In this document: positions 23,734 to 32,539 of the stretch, one piece after another
How the letters are laid out: every line of letters begins with the position of its first letter
Position numbering within the stretch: position 1 is the stretch's first letter
NCBI GenBank assembly: GCA_965223505.1
Contig: CBDCWP010000009.1
Coordinates: 1-64,000 of the forward strand
Reading direction: 5' to 3'
Origin: Planctomycetota bacterium
Lineage (GTDB): Bacteria > Planctomycetota > PLA2 > JAEUHO01
Length of the DNA: 64,000 nt
Program-made: the position numbers and the translations under genes
Notes under the pieces: model-generated
The model's database searches: none
The model's input: only the letters and a program-made list of their open reading frames with translations
What the model was told of the DNA's origin: nothing

Positions 23734-24578
23734 GCCCCGACCCCACGCGGCGCGCGTTGACAACGCCGGCACAGGTGCGTCCCGCGTTGCGACACGACGA
23801 TGCGCGCCACCGTCGCGCCGCATCGGCGGCAGGGCTTTCCCTGCCGGCCGTACACCTGGAATTGATGTTGGTATGAGCCGGGCTGTCCCTCTGGCGTTCG
23901 ATAGAACGCATCGAAGCTCGACCCCTCGCGCTCGATGGCCTGCTCGAGAATGGAGCGAATCGCGCCGTGTAGCGCCGGCACGCGCGCCGCCGGAACGCGG
24001 TCCGAACGTCGTCGTGGGTGCAGCCGCACCGAGTGAAGCGCCTCGTCGACGTAGATGTTGCCGAGCCCCGCCAGGAAGTGCTGGTCCAGGAGAAGCGGCT
24101 TGAGCATGCGCTTGCGCGTGCGCAACGCGCGGCGTAGCCACTCGACGGTGAAGTTCGCCCCAAGCGGTTCCGGACCGAGCTCGGCGAAGACGTCGTTCAC
24201 GTCGCGTACGTAGGTCAGGCGTCCGAACTTCCGCACGTCCACGAACGTCAGGCAGGTGCCGTCGTCCAGGTCGAGGCGAACGCGCAGATAGGGATCGTCC
24301 TCGCGCACCGCGGGTTCGATGTGCATCCGGCCGGTCATGCGCAGATGACCGACGAGACTTCCGGCCGCGGCGCCGTCGCGCGCGAGATCGAACACGAGGT
24401 ACTTGGCGCGTCGCCAGACGCGCTCGATCGTCGTGCCCCGCACCGCGTGCGAGAACCGCCGCTTCGACAGTCCGCCCAGCGTCCGCTCCCAATGGACCCG
24501 CGTTCCCTCGATGCGACGCCCGAGAAGGGGCTCTCGCAACAGGCGCACCACGGTCTCGACCTCGGGAAGCTCGGGCAT
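23730..24578 (-). CDS. mutM: Formamidopyrimidine-DNA glycosylase
   Basis: MPELPEVET, RRAKYL, HLRMTG, DVRKFG, LLDQ..GLGNIYVDE, C-terminal C4 zinc finger. Confidence 0.97.
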   Translation of the reverse strand: MPELPEVETVVRLLREPLLGRRIEGTRVHWERTLGGLSKRRFSHAVRGTTIERVWRRAKYLVFDLARDGAAAGSLVGHLRMTGRMHIEPAVREDDPYLRVRLDLDDGTCLTFVDVRKFGRLTYVRDVNDVFAELGPEPLGANFTVEWLRRALRTRKRMLKPLLLDQHFLAGLGNIYVDEALHSVRLHPRRRSDRVPAARVPALHGAIRSILEQAIEREGSSFDAFYRTPEGQPGSYQHQFQVYGRQGKPCRRCGATVARIVVSQRGTHLCRRCQRAPRGVGA

Positions 24579-24587
24579 CCACCTGTC

Positions 24588-25343
24588 CTACCGCAGGAAG
24601 AAGAGGATGCCCAATCCCACCAGCGCCCACAGCACGAGCCGCGCGAACCGGTCCGGTTGCAGGCGATCGCCGACGCCGGCGCCCAGCCACGCACCCAGCG
24701 CCATCACGGGCAGATACGGCAGGCTCGTTCGCACGGTCTCCATGTCGAGGAGCTCGGTCCCCCCCATCAACGCGATCTGCAGCGTGGCCAGAACGAAGAA
24801 GAAGGCCTGGATCGTTCCCCGAAACGCGTCCGGCGACCAACGCGCCCACGCGCCGTAGATGACCACGGGTGGTCCGCCGATGTTGAACCCCCCGCCCAGC
24901 ACGCCGCCGAGGGTGCCGGCCAGCGCGGCGGACGGGGTGTGGCCGCACACCGCGTCGTTCGCGCGCCGATTCGCGATGCGCGCCCCGAAGAGCGACCACA
25001 GCGCGGCGACCACGATCACGGCGCCCAGGACGCGCTCCAGAAGCTCGGACGGTTGCGTGTGGAGAATCGCGATCCCGACCGGAACGCCCGCCAAGCCACC
25101 GGCAATGAGGGGGATCACCGCCGACTTGATGATCGAGCGCCGATAGCGCACGAAGAGATAGGCGTTCATGCACAGGCCGAAGAGGGCCACGAGCGGAACC
25201 GCCTGCTTGAAAGGCAGGAAGTGCGGGATGACGCCCATGACGATCAGTCCGAACGCGAAGCCCAAGACGCCCTGCGCGAACGCCGCGAAGAGGATGACGG
25301 CGCCCAGGATCATCTGCTCCTGCGTCACGATCGTCGACGCCAC
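24588..25343 (-). CDS. TauE/SafE sulfite exporter family membrane protein
   Basis: AFAQGVLGFAFGL, GGVLGGGFNIGGPPVVIY; about 8 TM helices; start approximate. Confidence 0.85.
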   Translation of the reverse strand: MASTIVTQEQMILGAVILFAAFAQGVLGFAFGLIVMGVIPHFLPFKQAVPLVALFGLCMNAYLFVRYRRSIIKSAVIPLIAGGLAGVPVGIAILHTQPSELLERVLGAVIVVAALWSLFGARIANRRANDAVCGHTPSAALAGTLGGVLGGGFNIGGPPVVIYGAWARWSPDAFRGTIQAFFFVLATLQIALMGGTELLDMETVRTSLPYLPVMALGAWLGAGVGDRLQPDRFARLVLWALVGLGILFFLR

Positions 25344-25819
25344 ATCGCCCGCGCGCGCACGAGCTGAAGCGTGACGAATCCGATCACGCACCACGCGGTG
25401 AGCGCCCAGAGCATGTTGCGAACGAAGACGTAGTCGTGATCGTGCATCTGCTTGTAGACGTTGAAGAAGACGCGGCGCATCTCGTCGGCCTGCTCGGCGG
25501 GCGGCGCCGTGGAGCGAAACTCCGCGAGCGCCTCCGCGTGGGTCGTCGCCTCGTGCGTGGCACGAGCCGCGCGCACCGCACCCGCCGCCGCCACGAGCAA
25601 CGGCACCGTCAGGCCGAGCTGTAACGCGAAGCGGCGTACACGGGGCCAGCGCACCTGCAGCGTCCCGAGTCCGATGATGACCGCACCCAGGAGCACGCAC
25701 GCGGCTGGCAGGGTCAGGTACGCGCGGTCCAGCAGGGGCGCCGGCGTGAACACGTACGTCACTGCGACGATCAGCAGCGCCACGGAGATGAAGGCGAATT
25801 GGAGCGTCGCGATCCTCAA
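25325..25819 (-). CDS. Hypothetical membrane protein (about 4 TM)
   Basis: ORF with four hydrophobic segments; TTG start; overlaps the tauE start. Confidence 0.55.
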   Translation of the reverse strand: MRIATLQFAFISVALLIVAVTYVFTPAPLLDRAYLTLPAACVLLGAVIIGLGTLQVRWPRVRRFALQLGLTVPLLVAAAGAVRAARATHEATTHAEALAEFRSTAPPAEQADEMRRVFFNVYKQMHDHDYVFVRNMLWALTAWCVIGFVTLQLVRARAMWRRRS

Positions 25820-25995
25820 TCGTCACGCTCCCCATCACCGCTGTGGATCGCAGGTCCGGGCGGCGGGCCCGCGAGCGCCAGGACGTCGAGAACGGGTTCA
25901 CACATCATCGGGGAGGGAGCGTAGCGTCTCCGTCCGTCCAGGCGCGAAGGGAATCGAATAGGGGCTCTTCCGCGGCCCTGATACCGTTCGCGCCC

Positions 25996-26580
25996 ATGGC
26001 ACAGACACCGCCGATCTGGGATCGTTCCCGCCTGCGTTGGTTCAACGGGCTCGGCTTCGGCATCTCCTTCCTCTTGGCGATGTGGATCCTGCTGGCCTTG
26101 ATCATGGTGATCCGTCCGGATCCGACACCGAGGCCCATGCCCTACCCGGTCACGTACGTGGTCGTCACGGCGGCGGCGCTCATCGCGGTCGTCGCTCTAT
26201 TCGGCGTGCTGCTCTTCCGGGTGATGTGGCACGGCCGGCACTTCTCCGAGTACAAGCCGCGGCTCTACCTGTTCTTCTGGACGTGCGCCGGCCTGCTCTT
26301 CTTCCTGTGCCAGGCCGTCATGCTATTGCGTTACGGCTGGAAGGACTTTCCCCGGCTGGAGCCGTGGGCGTCGAGTCTGTTCTGGGCGCTCTGCTGGTTC
26401 GGACTCGGGATCTTCGGCGTCTTGGCGTACGTGAACGCCGACGTTCTGCATCACGACGAGCACGAAGACGACGAGCACGAAGACGACGAGGCGTACGACG
26501 AGCCCGACGACGACGAGCCGCCCGTCGTTCAGCCGCTCGCGTCCGGCAACGCCGAAGAGACCGAGGAGGCGATGTTCTAG
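25996..26580 (+). CDS. Hypothetical membrane protein with acidic His-rich tail
   Basis: Four TM helices followed by [23 protein letters not shown]. Confidence 0.65.
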   Translation: MAQTPPIWDRSRLRWFNGLGFGISFLLAMWILLALIMVIRPDPTPRPMPYPVTYVVVTAAALIAVVALFGVLLFRVMWHGRHFSEYKPRLYLFFWTCAGLLFFLCQAVMLLRYGWKDFPRLEPWASSLFWALCWFGLGIFGVLAYVNADVLHHDEHEDDEHEDDEAYDEPDDDEPPVVQPLASGNAEETEEAMF

Positions 26581-26582
26581 CC

Positions 26583-26984
26583 GTGTCCGACGCCGACGAG
26601 ATCCTGGAACGCACGGCCGAGATGTTCGGGATCGGTCGCGGGACCCGGCACATCCTGCTCTGCGCGCAACAGACCAAGCCCAAGTGCGCCCCGTTCGACG
26701 CGACGACACGCGTGTGGAAGCACCTCAAAGCGCGCTTGAAGGCCCTGAAGCTCGACGGGGCGGTCACCAAGGACGGCGTTCCCTGCGTGCACCGCAGCAA
26801 GGTGGACTGCCTGCGCATCTGCCGCAACGGGCCCATCGCCGTCGTGTATCCGGAGGGCGTCTGGTACCACGGCGTGACCGTCGAGGTGCTGGATCGCATC
26901 ATCGACAAGCATCTTCTGGGCGGCGTGCCGGTCGAAGAACACGTGTTCGCGCGCGATGGCCTGAACCCGCGAAGCTCGGATTGA
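26583..26984 (+). CDS. Thioredoxin-like [2Fe-2S] ferredoxin
   Basis: HILLC..TKPKC and [24 protein letters not shown]. Confidence 0.9.
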   Translation: MSDADEILERTAEMFGIGRGTRHILLCAQQTKPKCAPFDATTRVWKHLKARLKALKLDGAVTKDGVPCVHRSKVDCLRICRNGPIAVVYPEGVWYHGVTVEVLDRIIDKHLLGGVPVEEHVFARDGLNPRSSD

Positions 26985-26994
26985 CGCGATCGGT

Positions 26995-28317
26995 CTACAG
27001 CGTGAACGCGAAGTCCTCGACGAGCGCGCCGGGGACGCGACCGCTGTCCGTCGAGCGGCCGCCGTACGTGTCCGACGCGAGGATCCAATCGCGTTCCTTC
27101 GTGAGCCCGACCAGGTTGTCGCCCAACATGCGGTAGATCGTCTCGTCGAACCGCATCACGTCGAGCGGCGCCACGATCCGTCCCTCTTCGACCCAAAACG
27201 TTGCGAAGCGCGTCATGCCGGTCGTGCGGCAGGCGCTTCGGTCGGAGTAGTTCAGATACCAGACATTGCCGATGTAGATTCCGGTGCCGAGCGCTTGCAG
27301 CACGTCCGCCTGCGCGATCTCGCCGGGCCCCATGTCGATGGAGAGCGGCGACTCGTGGGCCGACGCGCCGTTCGTCGGCACGTCGTATTCCTGCGCCGAG
27401 CGCGGCGACACGAGCCAATCGGTAAGCTTGCCTTCGCGAATCAGATCCACGCGATCGGGGCGAAGGAACCCCTTCTCCTGGAAGTTCGGCGCGGTGCCCT
27501 CGGCGGTGTTCTCCGACACCGTGACCGCCGGCGAAAGCGCTACGTCGCCCTCGGCGAGCTTCAGCAGCGGCGTCTGGCGCGTACGGTGCGCCTTGAGTCC
27601 GAACCCCCCCCACGCCAGGATGCCGAGGATGTCGTGCACTGCGGCCGGCGCGAGATACACGCGGTACCGGCCCGGCGCAATCGCCTTCGGCTCCCGCTTG
27701 AGCGCTTCGAGCTGCTCTCCTGCGAGGTCGACCTTGTGCTTGAACGCGTCCGCGTCCCACGCGAAACCCGCGTACGACGACTTCACCGCCTTGTCGGCCG
27801 TGTGGTGAAAGCTCCAGTCGAAGTTGTAGCTATGCGTGCGGTCCCAATTGCGCTGACCCAGGGAATTCGAGAACCCGGCGCAGATCTCCCCGGCTGCGTA
27901 GATGCCGACCAGATCGCGGTCCGCGGCGGCGGCTTGGATCTCCCCGACGGCACTCTCGGGGTCCGGCAGCCGGTTCTCTCCCAGCCGCTCGGTGGAGTGG
28001 ACGTCGGTCGCGTATAGCAGGTACGGATCTTCGGGCAACGACGACAGCTTGCCGCGCAACTCGGTGGCGAGCGACGTCGCGCGACCGAGGTCGACCTCAC
28101 GGTCGCCGGTCAGCGTCAGCATGCCGGCGGCATGTTGGCGGCCGCGGATCCAGTCCAACGCGATCGCGCGTTGGCGGACCGAGCCGGCCTGTCGGACCTT
28201 GCCGTGGTTGAAGCGGACGAAGCTCGAGTCCTCACCCTGGAACCCGCAGGTGAATGCCTCGTCGCCCTGGAGCAGCGTCGTCAGATGATCGCTGAGCGCG
28301 TTGAAGTCGTCTTGCAC
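26995..28317 (-). CDS. tldE: TldE/PmbA family protein
   Basis: FVRFNHGKVRQ, PGRYRVYLAPAAV, TGMTRFATFWVEEG; adjacent to tldD. Confidence 0.85.
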   Translation of the reverse strand: MQDDFNALSDHLTTLLQGDEAFTCGFQGEDSSFVRFNHGKVRQAGSVRQRAIALDWIRGRQHAAGMLTLTGDREVDLGRATSLATELRGKLSSLPEDPYLLYATDVHSTERLGENRLPDPESAVGEIQAAAADRDLVGIYAAGEICAGFSNSLGQRNWDRTHSYNFDWSFHHTADKAVKSSYAGFAWDADAFKHKVDLAGEQLEALKREPKAIAPGRYRVYLAPAAVHDILGILAWGGFGLKAHRTRQTPLLKLAEGDVALSPAVTVSENTAEGTAPNFQEKGFLRPDRVDLIREGKLTDWLVSPRSAQEYDVPTNGASAHESPLSIDMGPGEIAQADVLQALGTGIYIGNVWYLNYSDRSACRTTGMTRFATFWVEEGRIVAPLDVMRFDETIYRMLGDNLVGLTKERDWILASDTYGGRSTDSGRVPGALVEDFAFTL

Positions 28318-28320
28318 GAT

Positions 28321-29751
28321 CTAGGCTCCGCCAAAGACTTCGATGCCCCCGAACCAGCACGTCGGAGACGCATGGCCGACGCGGACGAGCTGGTTCGGCT
28401 CGCCCTTGCCGCAGTTGGGCGTTCCCATGACGCGGAAGGTCGATTCGTCGCCGACCCCCTTCAGGTTGCGCCAGAAGCTGGCCGAGATGCCGCGGTAGTT
28501 GGAGTTCTTGACCGGCGTCGTCAGCTTGCCGTTCTCGATCAGCTGCCCGTATTCGCATCCGAACTGGAACTTGTTGCGCGAGTCGTCGATCGACCAAGAG
28601 CAGTTCGTGGCCATGAAGACGCCGCGCTCGATGCCCGCGATCATCTCGTCCACGCCCATGTTGCCGGGCTCGAGGTTCAGGTTCGCCATCCGATCGATGG
28701 GCGGCCGGTTCCAGCTGCACGCGCGACCGTTGGCGACGCCTTCGACGCCCGTCCGCATCTGTGAGGTTCGGCCACCTAACGGACGCATCAAGATGCCGTC
28801 CTTGATGATGTACTCGCGTTTCGCCTCTTGCCCCTCGTCGTCGTAGGCGTAGCTGGCGAGCTCGTCCCGCCGTGTCGGATCGAATGTGATGTTCAGCAGC
28901 TCCGAGCCGTAGCGATACGAACCGAACATGTCCATCGTGACGAAGCTCGTGCCGGCATAGTTGCGTTCGTCCCCGAGAATGCGGTCGAGCTCGAGCGGAT
29001 GACCGATCGATTCGTGGATCTGGAGGATCATCTGATCGGGCGCGAGAATGAGATCCATGGTTCCGGTCGGACAGTCGGGCGCGTCGAGCAGCTGCACCGC
29101 CTCTTCCGCGATGCGCGGCGCGTCGGTGAAGAACCCCGAGTCGTCGAGGAGCTCCGCCCCGCCCTGGCGCGCGAGGCCCTGGCCGGCGAGTGTGCGCTGT
29201 TGGGTTTCGGTGCCGCGGTTGGCGACGACGCCCAGCCGGGGAATCAGGTACTGGAACTGTTGCCGGACACGGCCGCCCTGCGACGTCAGAAGCAGGCTGT
29301 CGGTTTGCACGTGATCGACCTGCGAGATCCAGTCGACGATCTCGTCGCGGGTCTTGAGGCGTGCGCATTGCTCGCGTAGCAGCTCGATCCGGTCGTTCAG
29401 CGCGATGTCGTTCCACGACCGCTCGACCGACGACGCGTACTCTGCTCGCGCATCACTGCGCGGGACGGCGCCGTAGTCGGCGACGCCGCGGCCGGCCGTA
29501 CGACGGGCCCATGCAAGCGCTTCGTCCGCTGCGCGTCGAAGCCCGGCGGCGGAGAGGTCGCTGGTCGCGGCATACCCCATGCCGTCCTTCTCGACGACGG
29601 TGACCATGGCGCCGACGTCGGAGCGCGTACGCACGGGCTGAAGGACGTCCTGACGGACACACACGCTCTCGCTGCGCTCGTCGACGAGACGCAGGGTGCA
29701 GTAGTCACCGACGGGCAACAGCTCGCGAAAGGTCTGCTCGATCTGCTGCAT
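28321..29751 (-). CDS. tldD: TldD metalloprotease
   Basis: LQIHESIGHPLELDR, PIDRMANL, CGKGEPNQ. Confidence 0.92.
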   Translation of the reverse strand: MQQIEQTFRELLPVGDYCTLRLVDERSESVCVRQDVLQPVRTRSDVGAMVTVVEKDGMGYAATSDLSAAGLRRAADEALAWARRTAGRGVADYGAVPRSDARAEYASSVERSWNDIALNDRIELLREQCARLKTRDEIVDWISQVDHVQTDSLLLTSQGGRVRQQFQYLIPRLGVVANRGTETQQRTLAGQGLARQGGAELLDDSGFFTDAPRIAEEAVQLLDAPDCPTGTMDLILAPDQMILQIHESIGHPLELDRILGDERNYAGTSFVTMDMFGSYRYGSELLNITFDPTRRDELASYAYDDEGQEAKREYIIKDGILMRPLGGRTSQMRTGVEGVANGRACSWNRPPIDRMANLNLEPGNMGVDEMIAGIERGVFMATNCSWSIDDSRNKFQFGCEYGQLIENGKLTTPVKNSNYRGISASFWRNLKGVGDESTFRVMGTPNCGKGEPNQLVRVGHASPTCWFGGIEVFGGA

Positions 29752-29889
29752 TTCGATCCTCCGCCGGCGTTTCTGCCGCGAGGCCAACGGTACCACCTGG
29801 CGGGCGCCCTTCGCCCTTTGACCCTAGCGTCGCACTCGCGGACAATCCGCCGCTTCGCGAATCCACCGGACGCCTCGACCCCCCGCGAC

Positions 29890-30885
29890 ATGATCCACGT
29901 CGACGACCTCTCCAAGACGTTTTACGTCCACAAGAAAGACCCCGGGCTCATCGGTTCGTTGCGCTCGCTGTTTCACCGTCGCAAGACGGCGAAGCACGCC
30001 GTTCAGCGCGTCTCGTTCGAAGTCGCCGAGGGCGAGATCGTCGGCCTCGTCGGCGCCAACGGCGCGGGCAAGACGACGCTGGTCAAGATGCTGGCCGGCG
30101 TGATCCACCCCACGTCGGGAGAGGCGCGCGTCCTGGGACATCGGCCCTGGGAACGCGACAACGAGTTCCGACGGCGGATCGCGTTGATCATGGGCCAGAA
30201 GGCGCAGCTCTGGTGGGACCTGCCCGCCGCCGACTGCTTCCTCTTGCTCAAGGAGATCTACCGCATTCCGGACGATCGGTACCAGCAGACCCTGGACTAC
30301 CTCTCGTCGGTGCTCGAGGTCGGCGACGAGCTCAACGTGCAGATCCGGCGGCTTTCGCTTGGCGAGAGAATGAAGATGGAGCTGATTGCGGCGCTCTTGC
30401 ACAGTCCGCGCGTCGTCTTCCTCGACGAGCCGACGATCGGCCTCGATCTCACCGCGCAACGAGCGATACGCGACTTCATCCTGGAGTATCGGGAGAGACA
30501 CCGGCCCGCGATGATCCTCACGAGCCACTACATGGAGGACATCCAGCGGCTCTGCAAGCGCATCATCATCATCCGGGACGGGGTCTTCGTGTTCGACGGC
30601 TCGCTCGACGAGGTGGTGCGCCGCTACGCGAAGCAGAAGCTGATCACGGTGCATCTCCGCAAGGGCGACGGCGCCCCGCCGTCGACCGGTGCCTGGTCGC
30701 ACCTGGGCGAGATCGTGGAGTGCGACGAGAATCAACTCTGCGTGCGTGTCCCGAGGGACGAAGTGGCGCACGCCTCCGCCGCCCTGCTCGAGGGCCTTCC
30801 GGTGCTCGACCTCTCGATCCAGGAGGAGGACGTCGGCACCATCATCGAACACATCCAGCAGGGGCGGGAAGAGGCGGTCGGATGA
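29890..30885 (+). CDS. ABC-2 type exporter ATP-binding subunit
   Basis: GANGAGKTT, QKAQLWWDLP, LSLGERMK, FLDEPTIGLD, TSHYM. Confidence 0.93.
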   Translation: MIHVDDLSKTFYVHKKDPGLIGSLRSLFHRRKTAKHAVQRVSFEVAEGEIVGLVGANGAGKTTLVKMLAGVIHPTSGEARVLGHRPWERDNEFRRRIALIMGQKAQLWWDLPAADCFLLLKEIYRIPDDRYQQTLDYLSSVLEVGDELNVQIRRLSLGERMKMELIAALLHSPRVVFLDEPTIGLDLTAQRAIRDFILEYRERHRPAMILTSHYMEDIQRLCKRIIIIRDGVFVFDGSLDEVVRRYAKQKLITVHLRKGDGAPPSTGAWSHLGEIVECDENQLCVRVPRDEVAHASAALLEGLPVLDLSIQEEDVGTIIEHIQQGREEAVG

Positions 30886-31694
30886 AACCCCGACTCTTCC
30901 TGCAGGTCTTCAGCATCGAGGCCCGGCGGCGCATGAGCTACCGCGTCGATTTCTGGATCAACACCCTGGTCGGCTTCGTGGTGGAGTTCGGCGTCGCATA
31001 CTTCATCGTCATCGCGCTGTTCGAGCACTCGAATGCCGATCGCCTCGGTCCCTACACGCGCGAAGGCATGGTCGTCTACTACCTGTCGGTCCTGCTGATC
31101 GCGAAGATCGTGCGCGGCCCGGAATTCGGCGGTCACATCGCGGAGGACATCTACCAGGGGGCGTTGACCCGGTATCTGCTGTTCCCGGCCTCGTACTTCC
31201 ATTTCAAGTACGCCGAGCACATGGGCGCGCTCGTCCCCTTGCTCCTGCAGGCCGTGCTGTTCGGTTGCGTCGCGGCCTTCGTGCTGACGATGCCGGACGA
31301 GCTGCGCATCACACCACTGTCGGTCCTGCTCTGCGTGATCTCGATCGGCATGGCCAACTTTCTGTACTTCCTCATGCGTCTCCCGCTGCAGGCGGTCGCG
31401 TTCTGGGCGGACAATGTCTGGAGTCTCGCCGTCATGTTGCGGTTGGTGACGTCGCTGCTCGGCGGCGCGATGGTCCCGCTCGTTCTCTTTCCGGAATGGG
31501 GACGGACGATCCTGGCGTACTTGCCGTTCCGGTTCCTCTTCGACGTCCCCGTTCGCACGCTCCTGGGGCAGATGGGATTCCAGGCGTGGGCGCAGGCCAT
31601 GGCGCTCGCACTCGTCTGGTGCGTGGTCATCGGCGCGATCGGCCGTCTGGTCTGGCGTCGCGGGGATCTGCGTTACACGGGGGTGGGCATCTGA
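30882..31694 (+). CDS. ABC-2 permease (DUF990-type)
   Basis: SYRVDF, IYQGALTRYLLFP, GAMVPLVLFPEW; ATGA coupling. Confidence 0.85.
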   Translation: MKPRLFLQVFSIEARRRMSYRVDFWINTLVGFVVEFGVAYFIVIALFEHSNADRLGPYTREGMVVYYLSVLLIAKIVRGPEFGGHIAEDIYQGALTRYLLFPASYFHFKYAEHMGALVPLLLQAVLFGCVAAFVLTMPDELRITPLSVLLCVISIGMANFLYFLMRLPLQAVAFWADNVWSLAVMLRLVTSLLGGAMVPLVLFPEWGRTILAYLPFRFLFDVPVRTLLGQMGFQAWAQAMALALVWCVVIGAIGRLVWRRGDLRYTGVGI

Positions 31695-32482
31695 TGCTGC
31701 GCTACGCACGCCTCTACGCGAACTTCCTGCGCTTCTCCTTCAGTCGCGCCATGGAATTCCGTCTCGACTTCTTCTTCCGCATCGGCATGGACGCCGTCTG
31801 GTATCTCGTGCAGCTCGGCTTCTTCCGCATTCTCTACCTGCACACGCCCGTCTTCGGCGGGTGGGACTTCGATCAAGTCTTCGTCTTCGTTGCGGGCGTC
31901 TTCGTCGCCGACGCGATCCACATGACGGTCTTTGCGAACAACATGTGGTGGTTTCCCATCCTCGTGAACAAGGGCGACTTGGACTACTACCTGGTCCGGC
32001 CCGTCTCCTCGTTGTTCTTCCTGAGTCTGCGCGACTTCGCCGCCAACTCCTTCGTGAATCTCCTGATGGCGATCGGCATCCTCGTTTACGCCGTCTGGAG
32101 CTACCCGGCCGCGCTGGGTGCGGGCTCGATCCTCCTCTATCTGATGCTGCTCGGACTCGGCATCGCGCTGCACTACGTGATCCACATGGTCTTTCTTCTG
32201 CCGGTGTTCTGGATGCACGCGGGCGCGGGGCTGCGGGAGATCTTCTTCTCGCTGGATCAGTACGGCATGCGTCCCGACGGCATCTTCCGCGGCTGGATTC
32301 GGCGGGTGATCGTGACGGTCCTCCCGTTCGCCCTGATCGTCTCCTTTCCCACGCGAGCGCTCTTCGGAGGCGACCGGGCCGCGATCGTGCTCCACTCTCT
32401 GGCCGTCCTGGTCGGCGCCGCGCTGGTGCTCGGCCTCTTCTGGCGCCTGGCGCTGCGATCGTACTCGTCGGCGTCCTCGTAG
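31694..32482 (+). CDS. ABC-2 permease (DUF990-type)
   Basis: EFRLDF, GGWDFDQV, GDLDYYLVRPVS, YSSASS C-terminus; TGATG coupling. Confidence 0.85.
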   Translation: MLRYARLYANFLRFSFSRAMEFRLDFFFRIGMDAVWYLVQLGFFRILYLHTPVFGGWDFDQVFVFVAGVFVADAIHMTVFANNMWWFPILVNKGDLDYYLVRPVSSLFFLSLRDFAANSFVNLLMAIGILVYAVWSYPAALGAGSILLYLMLLGLGIALHYVIHMVFLLPVFWMHAGAGLREIFFSLDQYGMRPDGIFRGWIRRVIVTVLPFALIVSFPTRALFGGDRAAIVLHSLAVLVGAALVLGLFWRLALRSYSSASS

Positions 32483-32539
32483 AATTCCCGAGATTCCCGG
32501 CACCGATTCCGGTCTCCGCGGGGAGTCCTATGTGAAGCC

